Of a DNA stretch of 64,000 bases, positions 37,506 to 47,490 are shown one piece after another. Made by a program: the position numbers and the translations under genes. Source of the DNA: Candidatus Latescibacterota bacterium (lineage in GTDB: Bacteria; Latescibacterota; UBA2968; GCA-2709665); contig OZ250150.1 of assembly GCA_965237675.1 (NCBI GenBank), forward strand, positions 3,392,001 to 3,456,000, read 5' to 3'. Each line of letters starts with the position of its first letter. Position 1 is the stretch's first letter. Below the pieces are notes generated by a model, which was not told the DNA's origin, ran no database searches, and saw nothing but the letters and a program-made list of their open reading frames with translations.

Positions 37506-38765
37506 CTAGCGATGATGGAATCCGTGGTTCAACTCCAGCCGGATGCCCAGCACCAGTGCGTTCTCGATTGTCCTTTCGGCGCCGGGGTTGATGATATATT
37601 GAATATCCGGCTGGATCTGCAACCTGTCGTTGATGTGAGCACGATAGGTGAATTCGATTGCTGTCTCATGGCGCTCCGCGCCAGAGGCAGCGCGGAAATC
37701 TCCGCCACACCGCGCCATCGCAACGGAAACCGCGATCTGGTCGTCCGGCCGTTGGGGGACGAATCCGGAAAGGATCGTCCCGGCGCCGAGGTAGCTCTCG
37801 AAGGGATTGAGCGCGCCGTTGGCGGTTCCGTAGCGAATGAAGACCGATGCGGTCCGTCGGTGGGCCGCGTCCGTGTAGGCCATGCCTTCAGCAAATCCAT
37901 ACCAGCCGGCATTGCCGCCCCGACGCACGGGATTCCCCCACGCGTCGGATTCGTGAAGCGATTCGAATTCCGCACTATACGAGAATGCGCCTAGACCCAA
38001 CCGCAATGCGCCGGGGAATTCGCGGGTGTATTCGAAGGCATGCAGAACGCCCTCGCGGCTGCTTAACTTGATTGCGGTGGCCGAGGGATTGTCGGGATCG
38101 CCGGGTACCGCGTCAAGGAGTGCGTAACGCACAAGATTGTTGTTGTCAATCCTCCACTCGAGGCGCGCGGTCAGCGATGTCGCCGGAAATACCGACGGCC
38201 CGCGTTCCCCGGTCTGGGAGTACGTGGGCACGATTCCGTGAGACCCGTTCAGGAACAACCCCGCCGAATCGACAGCGTCGAACTCGCTGTTGAGATCGTA
38301 GAGTCCGAATTTCAGATCCAGCCCATCCGAAAAGGGATGTTGATACCAGAATTCGTAAAGTCGGAACGCCTGCTCCGCGTCGATGTTGGAAACGACCTGC
38401 GTGTCGCCCGTATACCGGTCCGAAAACGTCGACGCGTTGTTCCAGAGCAGATAGGCGAACATCGATCCGCCCCCGGGTCCGAAGATCCGCCCAAGGTCGA
38501 ACGAAATCGTCGCATCGATGTTCTGCAGATAGGCCGAGCCGTTCCTGATCCCCCCGGAAGCGTTGTGAAGCAAGTCCGCGACGTATCCGAGTTCGGCGGA
38601 AAACACACGGGCATCGGATTGTGGTTCCGAGGCCGCCAGGCCCGCGGTGGAGCCGATCAGCAGCGTGCAGAATACAACACGCCGAAATCCGAACGCGAGT
38701 CCTTCTCTGAACTTTCCCGATCCTATCGTCACACCGGCGATGAATCTACCCTCTATTGAAATCAT
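37506..38765 (-). CDS. Carbohydrate-selective porin (OprB family)
   Basis: VSNIDA, LYEFWYQ, GLYDLNSEFD, GPSVFP, IEFTY, QPDIQYIINPG. Confidence 0.88.
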   Translation of the reverse strand: MISIEGRFIAGVTIGSGKFREGLAFGFRRVVFCTLLIGSTAGLAASEPQSDARVFSAELGYVADLLHNASGGIRNGSAYLQNIDATISFDLGRIFGPGGGSMFAYLLWNNASTFSDRYTGDTQVVSNIDAEQAFRLYEFWYQHPFSDGLDLKFGLYDLNSEFDAVDSAGLFLNGSHGIVPTYSQTGERGPSVFPATSLTARLEWRIDNNNLVRYALLDAVPGDPDNPSATAIKLSSREGVLHAFEYTREFPGALRLGLGAFSYSAEFESLHESDAWGNPVRRGGNAGWYGFAEGMAYTDAAHRRTASVFIRYGTANGALNPFESYLGAGTILSGFVPQRPDDQIAVSVAMARCGGDFRAASGAERHETAIEFTYRAHINDRLQIQPDIQYIINPGAERTIENALVLGIRLELNHGFHHR

Positions 38766-38906
38766 AGGCGTACCTTTCGGTTGATGTCCGTCAAGAGTGT
38801 ACAGTTGTTTCCAGGGTTATGGTTTACGCTGTGTTTTCCAGGTCCGGCGCCGCACCGTGTGCGGCACCCGCCGATGTCTTCACGACCGGTCGTAGAGCTG
38901 CTCTTC

Positions 38907-39821
38907 TCAGAATGTGAGTTCAAATGTCTGCGAGCTGTACCCCGCGAATATGCCGTATCCGTTCTCGACGTTGCTGTACACCCTGACGGGTTCGGCAAAG
39001 GGGTTGTCGACCGTAGTTTCATGGAGAAGGGCGCTCTTGAGGTGTCTGTAATATGCCTCGCTTATGTGGCGGACCTGGACCCGGATTACACGCTCCAGGC
39101 TCGCCTCAACCGCAAGGTCAACGGACGATAGCTCAATTTCGTGCGATTCACCGTCGAACAGGGCGTCGCTGAAAAACGTCTCGGAACCTGTGAACGGCTC
39201 AACGCCCTCGGTGACTGGATCTTCAATCCGGTTGTCGGCGATAATGGATGGATCTCTTGTGGAAAAATACAGATCGCGTCGACCCGACCGGCCAGGGGCA
39301 ATGACGCGAATCTGATATCGGTTTTCCTCGCCGGGTGGATCCTGAATCTGAAGGGTGATCCGGAATTCGGTAACCGTCGTAACGCCGGGTTCCCCGGGAA
39401 CAGGATCGGAGGTCTCCACGCGATACGATTCGATGGACGTCGGTACGGGTGGGGGTGCGCTGTCAGTCGCATGGACGGTCTCAAAGCCCGGCGCTGACAC
39501 CTGCAACGAGTAGGACCTGCCCGCTTGCAGTGGTTTTTCGCTTGCATACACCCGTTCCCGGTCGAGAAAAGGTAACCGATCGATGATCCGGCCATCTGAA
39601 AGCAGTTCCACGCTGGCGCCGGTAACCAATCGCTCGGGCCCGGGCGAGGGTTCCAGAATGCCGACGGACCGGCTGACGGATGCCGCCCATCCTCCGTCCG
39701 GGGTGAAGAAGGCCTTTATCACCAGTCGAGGCGTGTGTTCAGGCAAATCCGGGTTGATGATCAACTCGCATCCTGAGAACGCGAGGACGAGAATCGAGAT
39801 TCTGAAGAATGTGTTCTTCAT
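38907..39821 (-). CDS. DUF4249-type lipoprotein
   Basis: Lipobox LAFSGC, QDPPGEENRY, FFSDALFDG, NPFAEPVRVYSNVENGYGIFAG. Confidence 0.82.
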   Translation of the reverse strand: MKNTFFRISILVLAFSGCELIINPDLPEHTPRLVIKAFFTPDGGWAASVSRSVGILEPSPGPERLVTGASVELLSDGRIIDRLPFLDRERVYASEKPLQAGRSYSLQVSAPGFETVHATDSAPPPVPTSIESYRVETSDPVPGEPGVTTVTEFRITLQIQDPPGEENRYQIRVIAPGRSGRRDLYFSTRDPSIIADNRIEDPVTEGVEPFTGSETFFSDALFDGESHEIELSSVDLAVEASLERVIRVQVRHISEAYYRHLKSALLHETTVDNPFAEPVRVYSNVENGYGIFAGYSSQTFELTF

Positions 39822-39837
39822 GGCTGGACCTCGACAA

Positions 39838-42342
39838 TCAGTACTTGAAACGGTAACTGATCCACGGCAGAACCGGAAACAGGGTCACCTGTTTGGCCTG
39901 GTACTCCCTGGTATCCGTCTGGGAGTCACGGAAATCGTCGAAATAAATGAAATAGGGGTTCTTTCGATTGTATGCATTATAGGCCCCCACACGGAATCCG
40001 TGCCTGGACCAGTCGAAGTTGAACCCGAAATCAACCCGATGGTAGGCGGACATTCGGAAGCCGTTGCGGTCTTCGTAGATCCTGGTTTCATAGGGTAGCA
40101 CGCGGGGGGTCCAGAGTTCGTGTCCCCCTATCGATCCTCTGACGTACTCGTCATAGTAACGCGCGACGGGTATGGTAATCGCATTGCCGGTTCCGTACAC
40201 CCAGTTTAACGAGGCGTTCGTGATGCGCGTCAGCTGATGGGTCAGGACCAGCGCAATGTCGTGCCGGCGGTCGTAGCGAAAGGGAAATTCACGTCCCTCA
40301 TTCAGTTGGGCGAAACGGCGCCTGGTCCATGAAAGCGTATACCCGATCCAGCCCGTTGTGCGGCCGCGCTTTTTTTGTACGAACATTTCGACGCCGTAGG
40401 ACCGCCCACGCCCCGTTTCCACCTTGTCCTGCCAGTCCTGGTGTTCGCCGAACCCCGCCAGAAACGCCGCGCCTTCCCGGTACTCGATCAGGTCGGTCAT
40501 GGTCTTGTGATAGGCCTCCAGGCTGAATTCGTACTGTCCCTTTTTCAACGCGCCCGCCAGGCCGAGGCCGAACTGCCGCGACCCCTCGGGACGCGCGCGA
40601 TCGGTGGCCGGAAGCCACAGGTCGGTGGGGAGACCGATGGTGCTGTTGGAGAGCAGATGGATATACTGGCGCATCCGGGCATAGGACGCTTTAAGGGCCC
40701 ACCGCGGATTCAAAAGGAAACGTGTCGATACCCTGGGTTGCAAGGATCCGAAGCGCGAGCCGTCCAAAGTGAAGCCGGAGGCGTGCAGCCCCACGTTGGC
40801 CCTCAGCCGTTTGGATAGGCGGACGTCGTCCTCCACGTACAGTCCGAACTCCTGTGCGTCCGTCGCCTGGGCAGCGCCAAGTGTTGTATCCTCAGGGGCG
40901 CCGCTGGCGGGATTGAATCTGTACTGCGCCGCTCCGGGGCTATATGTGTGGTAGGTGCCGTTGCCGCCAAAGCGGATATAGTGGGCGGGATTGGGAATGT
41001 AGTCGAGATCCAGTTTAAGGCCGAAGTCCCGGATGCCGGAGTGGTAGCGCAGGCTGAGGGTCTCGGTCTCGTGGACGTCCTCGTCACGTGTCGTGGAGCG
41101 ATCGTCGATGTCCGAGGTAAGCTTATAGCGGCTGAAGATCGCGGTCAGATTGCCGAAGAGCCGGTTGCTGAAGAGGATGTTCCAGCGCAGCGTCGAAGTG
41201 AAGTTGCCCCAGCCGAAATCCGCGGACGTCGCCTCTTCGCTACGATAGTTGCCGGTGGTGTACTCGTTCTTAATGTCACTCCAGAAACGGTCGTCACCGC
41301 CGTACAGGCTCAGGAAAACACGATTTCGGGGCGACAGGATGTGGTTCACCTTGGCGTTGATATCGTAGAAAAAATAGCCACCCCGCTCGTTGGGATCCAG
41401 AAAGGGACGGATCAGCAGATCGATATACGTCCGCCGTGCCGAAACGATGAATGAGGTCCGGTCTTTGCGTATAGGCCCCTGCAGGGTCACCTGGGAAGCC
41501 ACAAGACCGATGGAGCCTTCGGCTTCGAACGTCTGCATGTTGCCGTCCTTCATGGCAACCTCCAGAACGGAGGAAAGGCGCCCGCCGAACCGCGCAGGAA
41601 ATCCGGCCTTTGTAAGTTGTACGTTCTTGACTGCGCTGGTGTTGAAGACAGAGAAAAAGCCGAAGAGGTGGGAGGCGTTGTAGACAGGGGCGTCGTCGAG
41701 CAGGATAAGGTTCTGATCCGGACCGCCGCCCCGAACGTAAAGGCCACTCATACCCTCGGCGCCGGACTGAACTCCGGGAAGAAGCTGCAGGGTCTTCATC
41801 AGGTCGACTTCGCCCATGAGGACCGGTGCGTTCTCGATCTGGCTTACGGGTACGTCGACAACGCCCATTCGAGTCTGGTCCTGGATCGGATCCAACCGCT
41901 CTGCCTCTACCTCAACCGTCTTCATTTCAAGGGGGAGGGGCTGGAGGGCGAGATCCATCCGAAGGTCGCGGTCCAGGCGGATTGCCAGGGTATCGCTACG
42001 AAACCCGATGTACGAAACCACAATTCGAAGCGAATCCGCCGGCAGGGTCAGACTGAAAAAACCGTAGCGATTGGTGATGGCGCCCTGGCGCAGTGTGGGT
42101 TCGTACAGGGCGGCGCCGATGAGCTTCTCGCCATTGGAGGCATCTTCGACGTACCCGCTGATCGTATATTCCGCGCGAGGTTGCGCATGGGCGTCGAAGG
42201 CTAAGCCCAGTAAGAGGATCGGTACACATCCGCGAAGAGACCGGAGAAACGTCCTGGCCGCGGAAAAAGCGGCAATATTCGCGGAAGCGTTAGGCACGAT
42301 CAAATTTGCAAGTAGAAATGTCTTCACGGTGGTTCGGTTCAC
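39838..42342 (-). CDS. TonB-dependent receptor with carboxypeptidase-regulatory-like N-domain
   Basis: ISGYVED..NGEKLIGA, QLLPGVQSGAEG, VRGGGPDQNL, SHLFGFFS, FGGRLSSV. C-terminal aromatic YRFKY. Confidence 0.92.
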   Translation of the reverse strand: MNRTTVKTFLLANLIVPNASANIAAFSAARTFLRSLRGCVPILLLGLAFDAHAQPRAEYTISGYVEDASNGEKLIGAALYEPTLRQGAITNRYGFFSLTLPADSLRIVVSYIGFRSDTLAIRLDRDLRMDLALQPLPLEMKTVEVEAERLDPIQDQTRMGVVDVPVSQIENAPVLMGEVDLMKTLQLLPGVQSGAEGMSGLYVRGGGPDQNLILLDDAPVYNASHLFGFFSVFNTSAVKNVQLTKAGFPARFGGRLSSVLEVAMKDGNMQTFEAEGSIGLVASQVTLQGPIRKDRTSFIVSARRTYIDLLIRPFLDPNERGGYFFYDINAKVNHILSPRNRVFLSLYGGDDRFWSDIKNEYTTGNYRSEEATSADFGWGNFTSTLRWNILFSNRLFGNLTAIFSRYKLTSDIDDRSTTRDEDVHETETLSLRYHSGIRDFGLKLDLDYIPNPAHYIRFGGNGTYHTYSPGAAQYRFNPASGAPEDTTLGAAQATDAQEFGLYVEDDVRLSKRLRANVGLHASGFTLDGSRFGSLQPRVSTRFLLNPRWALKASYARMRQYIHLLSNSTIGLPTDLWLPATDRARPEGSRQFGLGLAGALKKGQYEFSLEAYHKTMTDLIEYREGAAFLAGFGEHQDWQDKVETGRGRSYGVEMFVQKKRGRTTGWIGYTLSWTRRRFAQLNEGREFPFRYDRRHDIALVLTHQLTRITNASLNWVYGTGNAITIPVARYYDEYVRGSIGGHELWTPRVLPYETRIYEDRNGFRMSAYHRVDFGFNFDWSRHGFRVGAYNAYNRKNPYFIYFDDFRDSQTDTREYQAKQVTLFPVLPWISYRFKY

Positions 42343-42485
42343 TCAACTCGATGTGGATTAATGTTTCCCCCGTTATCTTGGAGGTGTCCAAAATTTTTCC
42401 CAGGAGCGGTGGAGGAGGCGTCTCTGTATTTGATACGCAACTTTGGGGAGTGGTTCCGGCGCATGGATGGAGAAAGGCGTTCGGC

Positions 42486-42917
42486 TCACCGTAAAGGCGA
42501 TGGCACAGGAATCAGTCGGAAACCGCGATTTTCCGCAGCCCGATAGGTCGAAAAGCCGCGGCGGTCAAGCGTGAGGATATCGAAGCAATCCAGGCGTTCG
42601 GCAAGAAACACAATGGTGGCGTCTGCGTAGTCCATCGGTCTATCCGCGTGTTTCTCCATCAGGATCGCGGCCGACCGCAAGGCTGCCGGCTGAGCGAAAT
42701 CAAATACCTGAATGCGGGCCGTTGTGACGAATTCTGACAGCAATCGGGGACCGGACCGGTTTCGCGCTAAAAAATGCATGGCTTCCGTGATGACCGCGGA
42801 CGTCGTACAGAGCTGTCCGGTAAAGCCGTCGAGCGCGTCTCCCACGTCATCGTGAGCCGGATCTGCGGCATTGAGATAAGCGACCAGGGGACCGGTGTCA
42901 AGAAGCCAGTACGTCAT
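42486..42917 (-). CDS. vapC: VapC-type PIN-domain toxin
   Basis: LLDTGPL, VITEA, MDYADA, LTLDRRGF. Confidence 0.88.
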   Translation of the reverse strand: MTYWLLDTGPLVAYLNAADPAHDDVGDALDGFTGQLCTTSAVITEAMHFLARNRSGPRLLSEFVTTARIQVFDFAQPAALRSAAILMEKHADRPMDYADATIVFLAERLDCFDILTLDRRGFSTYRAAENRGFRLIPVPSPLR

Positions 42918-43147
42918 CGACGCCAGTTCCGTTCACGCAGATGCCTGCGCCACGGGTCTGAATCCGGATCGGAGAGTTCCAGACACCCCCTAAGGTGTCC
43001 GGCTCTTTCTGCCACCGGACTCTCGGATATGGCTTCTTCGAGAAGCCTGCGGACGAGTTCTGAGACCGTCAATCCCTGAACCTGGGCGCGCTTTTCCAGC
43101 GCCTCTCGCATGGACTGGTCCGTCCGTACTGTCAGTGTCGTATTCAT
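42914..43147 (-). CDS. CopG/RHH-family antitoxin (VapB-like)
   Basis: MNTTLTVRTDQSMREALEKRA...TVSELVRRLLEEA. ATGA overlap with the toxin. Confidence 0.85.
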   Translation of the reverse strand: MNTTLTVRTDQSMREALEKRAQVQGLTVSELVRRLLEEAISESPVAERAGHLRGCLELSDPDSDPWRRHLRERNWRR

Positions 43148-43183
43148 GTAATACAATATAATACAATGTAATACAACGTGCAA
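43148..43183 (-). promoter_or_regulatory. Leaderless promoter overlapped by three 10-bp direct repeats (putative TA operator)
   Basis: Minus strand TTGCAC GTTGTATTAC ATTGTATTAT ATTGTATTAC ATG, giving TTGCAC-17-TATATT-7-ATG. Confidence 0.7.
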
Positions 43184-43293
43184 TCAAATATGCCGAAAAT
43201 GCCGGATTTTCATCCCGACAGTAAGGAAAGCCCGGATAAAGGGATCGTGGTCCGATCTGCAGGGCCGGGGGAGGTCTCAAACCTGCCCGCATC

Positions 43294-44301
43294 TCACACG
43301 TCCCACACCTGCTCGAACAGGCGCATCCAGTTGCCGCCAAGCAGTTTTTTGATCTCCCCGGCGTTGTAGCCCCGGTTTGCAAGCGCCTCGGCGACGTTCG
43401 GGAACTCCGACGGCGTCGCGATGCCCTTCGGTTGGAAGCTCAGGTCGGTGTAAGGAATCGAGCCGTCCGCGAACGTGGAAGGGAATTTGGTTCCCTGTTG
43501 GGATCCGAGATAGTGCCAGAATTCAAGGGGTTGGTCGTGCGTGGCGTCCGTGCCGATGGCGACGTGGTCGAGGCCGACCCGCTCGACCATATCGTCGATG
43601 GCGTCGACGAAGTCCTCCAACGTGGAATCGAACCCCCGGGGAAGGAAGTTCGCGAACGACGTGGCGCCCACGACACCGCCCTTCTCGGCGAGGCGTTTCA
43701 GCGCTTCATCCTCTTTGTTTCGCGGATGGTCACAGAAACTGCGGGCGTTGGCATGGGTAATGGCGACTGGCTGCTCGGACATTTCGATTGCGTCCAGCGT
43801 CGTCCTGGGACCCACGTGCGACAGATCGATGAGAATGCCCAGCCGGTTCATTTCGCGGACGGCATCGACGCCGAAATTACTGAGACCGGCGTCATTTCGT
43901 TCCCAGCAACCGCTGCCCAGCAGGTTTGTCTCGTGGTAGGTGAGTTGAATCACCCGTACACCGAGGGCAAGGAACAGGCCCAGCCGATCCAGTTCGTTTT
44001 CTATGGGTGACGCGTTCTGGAATCCGAGAATAACCCCGGTTTTCCCATGCTGCTTTGCCATGTGGATGTCGGATGTCGATTTCACCTGCAGGATGTCGTC
44101 GCGCTCCCGGAACCGCCGCATCCAGGCCGTGAGATGAGCCATCGTCTGAATGAAGTTCTCCCACGTGGACACGGTGGCGTTAATTGCCGTGAAATTGCCG
44201 GCGCGAAATTGCCGGAATACGCCATCGCTTTCCCAGTTGCAGATGGTTAACCCGTCGATCACAATTGCGTCGTCGTAGATTTCCCTCGGATGCCCTGCCA
44301 T
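43294..44301 (-). CDS. Membrane dipeptidase (M19) family amidohydrolase
   Basis: IVIDGL, GFQN, QLTY, MNRLGILIDLSH, THAN, HPRNK, IGTD, KLLGGNW. Confidence 0.9.
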   Translation of the reverse strand: MAGHPREIYDDAIVIDGLTICNWESDGVFRQFRAGNFTAINATVSTWENFIQTMAHLTAWMRRFRERDDILQVKSTSDIHMAKQHGKTGVILGFQNASPIENELDRLGLFLALGVRVIQLTYHETNLLGSGCWERNDAGLSNFGVDAVREMNRLGILIDLSHVGPRTTLDAIEMSEQPVAITHANARSFCDHPRNKEDEALKRLAEKGGVVGATSFANFLPRGFDSTLEDFVDAIDDMVERVGLDHVAIGTDATHDQPLEFWHYLGSQQGTKFPSTFADGSIPYTDLSFQPKGIATPSEFPNVAEALANRGYNAGEIKKLLGGNWMRLFEQVWDV

Positions 44302-44314
44302 CAGATCGACCCCC

Positions 44315-45445
44315 TTACTCGAAGCGTTTTCCAATCCTGAACAGATCGCCCAGCGGGTTCTCGCGGTCTTCTAGCGCATCGGCGATCACGGGACCGATGG
44401 CGCCGCCGAATTTGAATCCGTGGCCGCATCCGCAGCCCGCAATCAACACCCGCTTGTATCCCTGGGCCCAGTCGATGACGAACGCCTCGTCCGCCATATT
44501 GGCCATGTTGGTATACAGGCAGGACCGGCCACCAACCAGTTGTGCCGCACTCAGGCCGGGGATGCGATGGGCGACGAACTCCCGGGCCCATGCCAGAAAC
44601 TCGGGTGTGGGTTCACGCGGGACGTCGACCGCGGCGTCATCCCACTTGCTGTCTTCCGCCACCTTCACGAACCCCTCGTGCAGATATGGGAATCCGTACC
44701 ACAGGTTGCCGGGCGAGAGGATTGACCATACCGGGAAACGGGTGCGCTCGAACGGCGCCGGATCCTCGGGCGCGAAGAAAGCCATCTGCTGCCGCGTAAT
44801 GCGCACGCGTTTCTCCATGGCCGGCAGGAGTTCGGCCACCCACGGCCCGGCCGCCACGACGGCGCGGTCGCAGTCCTGCCATTCCGTGTCCGATCGGACC
44901 CTGGCGCCGGTTGGCGTCTCTTCCACCGCGGTGACGAGGGTGTTCTCGCGGATGGTCACGCCCGCGCTCCGCGCCAGCTCTGCCAGGTCCGCCAGCGCCT
45001 GGCCGCTGCGCAGGTAGCCTGCCCAGGGGTCGAAGAAAATCCGGTCCTGGTCGCTTACCGTGAACTGAGGAAATCGCTCGCGTGCCTGGCTGGCCGTGAG
45101 TTCATAGACGTCTTTGCCCATCCGGCTCAGTGTCTGCCAGCCCGCGTGGGCTTCGTGGTCCGATTCCAGGTCGCGCGCCACGATCAGCTTGCCGTGCTGG
45201 AAGTAAATCGACCGGCTCGTTCGGTTGTGCCACTCACGCCATTGCGCCGCGGCCCGCGTTACGAGTTCCACGTATGTCTCGTTCGGGTAGTTCGTGCGGC
45301 GGATCACCTTTGATACATCCGTGCTGGACGCCTCCGGGTTGGGGATTTCACCGCGTTCGATCAGCGTTACGCCGTGGCCCCGGTTGCGCAATTCCAGCGC
45401 CGCGGCCATGCCGAAGATTCCGGCGCCGACGATGCAGATATTCAT
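44315..45445 (-). CDS. FAD-dependent amine oxidase (monomeric sarcosine oxidase/fructosyl-amine oxidase-like)
   Basis: IVGAGIFG, ASSTDVSKVIR, AAGPW, CLYT (covalent-FAD Cys position), GHGFKFG. Confidence 0.88.
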   Translation of the reverse strand: MNICIVGAGIFGMAAALELRNRGHGVTLIERGEIPNPEASSTDVSKVIRRTNYPNETYVELVTRAAAQWREWHNRTSRSIYFQHGKLIVARDLESDHEAHAGWQTLSRMGKDVYELTASQARERFPQFTVSDQDRIFFDPWAGYLRSGQALADLAELARSAGVTIRENTLVTAVEETPTGARVRSDTEWQDCDRAVVAAGPWVAELLPAMEKRVRITRQQMAFFAPEDPAPFERTRFPVWSILSPGNLWYGFPYLHEGFVKVAEDSKWDDAAVDVPREPTPEFLAWAREFVAHRIPGLSAAQLVGGRSCLYTNMANMADEAFVIDWAQGYKRVLIAGCGCGHGFKFGGAIGPVIADALEDRENPLGDLFRIGKRFE

Positions 45446-45666
45446 GAAGCGCTCATAGGTGGAGGGTGATGTTTTTCGTGCGCCCACACAAGTAGGCTGC
45501 GATGCCGCAGCCCTCTTAACGCGAAGGCTCGGGGGCCGCAACTCACTCCAGACCAGTTGACGAGATTGCGTATGGATTGTTAATGGCCACGTTCGGGAGC
45601 ATCAGAAATGTAGCGAGGACAGGTTCAGGGACGATTCGCCCATCGCGATGCAGCACCGCTAATCGA

Positions 45667-46545
45667 TTACACATCCACGCCCGACCGCAGCAGCAAATCC
45701 GGTATCATGTCGGTAAACTCATCCTGTCCCCGGTCACCACCATCGCGGAACCGGACGATGAGGTCTCTGACCAGCGGACTGACCTCCAGCGGTACCCCGA
45801 GTTCTGACCCAAGCTCAACCCCCAGACCCATATCCTTCACCGCCAGATCAGTGGTTGAGCCCATTTGACCGCTGTTCAAGAACAGCGAGAGGGTGCGTTC
45901 AAACATCCTGCTTTGCCCCATACTCGCCTTAACCGCATCCAGCAACAGTTGCAGATCGATCCCGGCCTTGGCACTTATCGCCACGCCCTCGCACACACCG
46001 ATGAAGTTGACGAACATCATCAGGTTGTTGATCAGCTTGATCACATTCCCGGATCCGGCGGGTCCCATGTGGACGATCTTGTTGCCGATAGTCTCCAACA
46101 CCGGCTGCACCCGCTCCAGATCCTCCGCATCACCACCCACAAATAGGGTGAGCGTAGCATCCTGCGCGCCAAAGATGCCACCGCTGACCGGCGCGTCGAG
46201 CACGTGCAAGCCCCGTTCCGCTCCGCGCGCGAAAATGCGGCGCATCGCCGACGGTGCGATGGTGCTGGTGTCGACGTAGGTCGATCCCTCCGCCAGACCA
46301 GCAAACACCCCGTCGTCACCCAACACTACCTGCTCGACCGCCTCGGTGCTGGGCAAGGAGGATAACACCACTTCGGATCGAACCGCCACCGCCTTCGCGT
46401 TTTCAGCCCAGGTCGCGCCCGCCGCCTCGAGGTCGTGGCCAGTCTGACGCCGGGTATCATGGATGGTCAAGGGGTGCCCGGCATCCAGGATATTGGCCGC
46501 CATCGGCTGCCCCATCTTACCCAGACCAATGAACCCGACTCTCAT
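45667..46545 (-). CDS. Beta-hydroxyacid dehydrogenase (3-hydroxyisobutyrate/tartronate semialdehyde reductase family)
   Basis: GFIGLGKMG, DAPVSGG, KLINN, KDM. Confidence 0.92.
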   Translation of the reverse strand: MRVGFIGLGKMGQPMAANILDAGHPLTIHDTRRQTGHDLEAAGATWAENAKAVAVRSEVVLSSLPSTEAVEQVVLGDDGVFAGLAEGSTYVDTSTIAPSAMRRIFARGAERGLHVLDAPVSGGIFGAQDATLTLFVGGDAEDLERVQPVLETIGNKIVHMGPAGSGNVIKLINNLMMFVNFIGVCEGVAISAKAGIDLQLLLDAVKASMGQSRMFERTLSLFLNSGQMGSTTDLAVKDMGLGVELGSELGVPLEVSPLVRDLIVRFRDGGDRGQDEFTDMIPDLLLRSGVDV

Positions 46546-46553
46546 GTGAATCC

Positions 46554-46943
46554 CTAGCGCTGTTCTTCATGGGTGTCAAATTCGGCCGGCATGGTGATTT
46601 CGATCACTTCCCAATCATCGGAGTATTCGAGAACTTCATGCCTGATACCGGGTGGCTGATACCACGCGTCACCCGCTTCGACCCGAATCTCGCCGATGTC
46701 CTCGAAGTAGAGGCGGGCCCACCCGTTGATCAGATAGACCATCTGAAAATCCAGATCGTGTGAGTGATAGCCCAACGGTCCGGTACATGGTTGCCGGGCG
46801 CGGATGATGTGGGCCAGAACTCTCGCCTCCGTGGCGTCCTTGATACCCAGATCCCGATAGGAAAAATAGGGACGCAACCCCTCCTGCCTCCAGAGGGCAT
46901 CTTTGGCGTGTGCGGCGAACGACTTGACCTTTTTCTCAGACAT
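46554..46943 (-). CDS. Cupin domain protein
   Basis: GLRPYFSYRDLG, YHSH..FQMVY, GD...QPPGIRH. AGGAGGT RBS. Confidence 0.88.
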   Translation of the reverse strand: MSEKKVKSFAAHAKDALWRQEGLRPYFSYRDLGIKDATEARVLAHIIRARQPCTGPLGYHSHDLDFQMVYLINGWARLYFEDIGEIRVEAGDAWYQPPGIRHEVLEYSDDWEVIEITMPAEFDTHEEQR

Positions 46944-47072
46944 AGTACACCTCCTGTGTTGCAGGGGATGCCAATGGTTGATGGCGGGACAAACTCATCG
47001 GCGGACCGGCCGAAAGATTGCCTATTAATTGTGCGCCAAACCCGCTCGGTGTGCAAGTCATTTCTACGAGTG

Positions 47073-47373
47073 GCGCCGGTAATGTAGGCGTATATGAAGT
47101 CGGAGATGCCCTGTCTCGGGGTGCAGGCGCCTGCGCTGCGAGCGGTCTGCCGAGAGGTCTTTGGCGCACATCCGCTGGAGACATACAGGCGATGGCGCGA
47201 CGCCGTATTGGCGATCTGGAGACGCGCGGACTACCGCGAAGAGCGTTACGCGGCAATCCGACCTGTCTGGTTACCGGCAGTGTCGCGAATTCCAGACCTT
47301 GGAAAACCTCCCATGTTACGAGGAGATGGTGACCGACGGTGCGTGGTGGGACTATGTCGACGCTGTGCCGTGA
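47073..47373 (+). pseudogene. DNA alkylation repair protein (AlkD-like) fragment
   Basis: APVM*AYMKSEMPCLGV...YREERYAAI, then a +1 frameshift near 47259, then ...YEEMVTDGAWWDYVDAV. Nonsense codon at 47085, truncated at both ends. Confidence 0.8.
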
Positions 47374-47490
47374 ACGCCCGATCCGCTGACATCATCAGGG
47401 GACAACGCATCGAGGTGCTTGTGAAGAACGTTACCGCCGCCATGCTCTACGATGTCGTCCAGTACCCGCACAGGTCCGGCCGAGTTTCAG

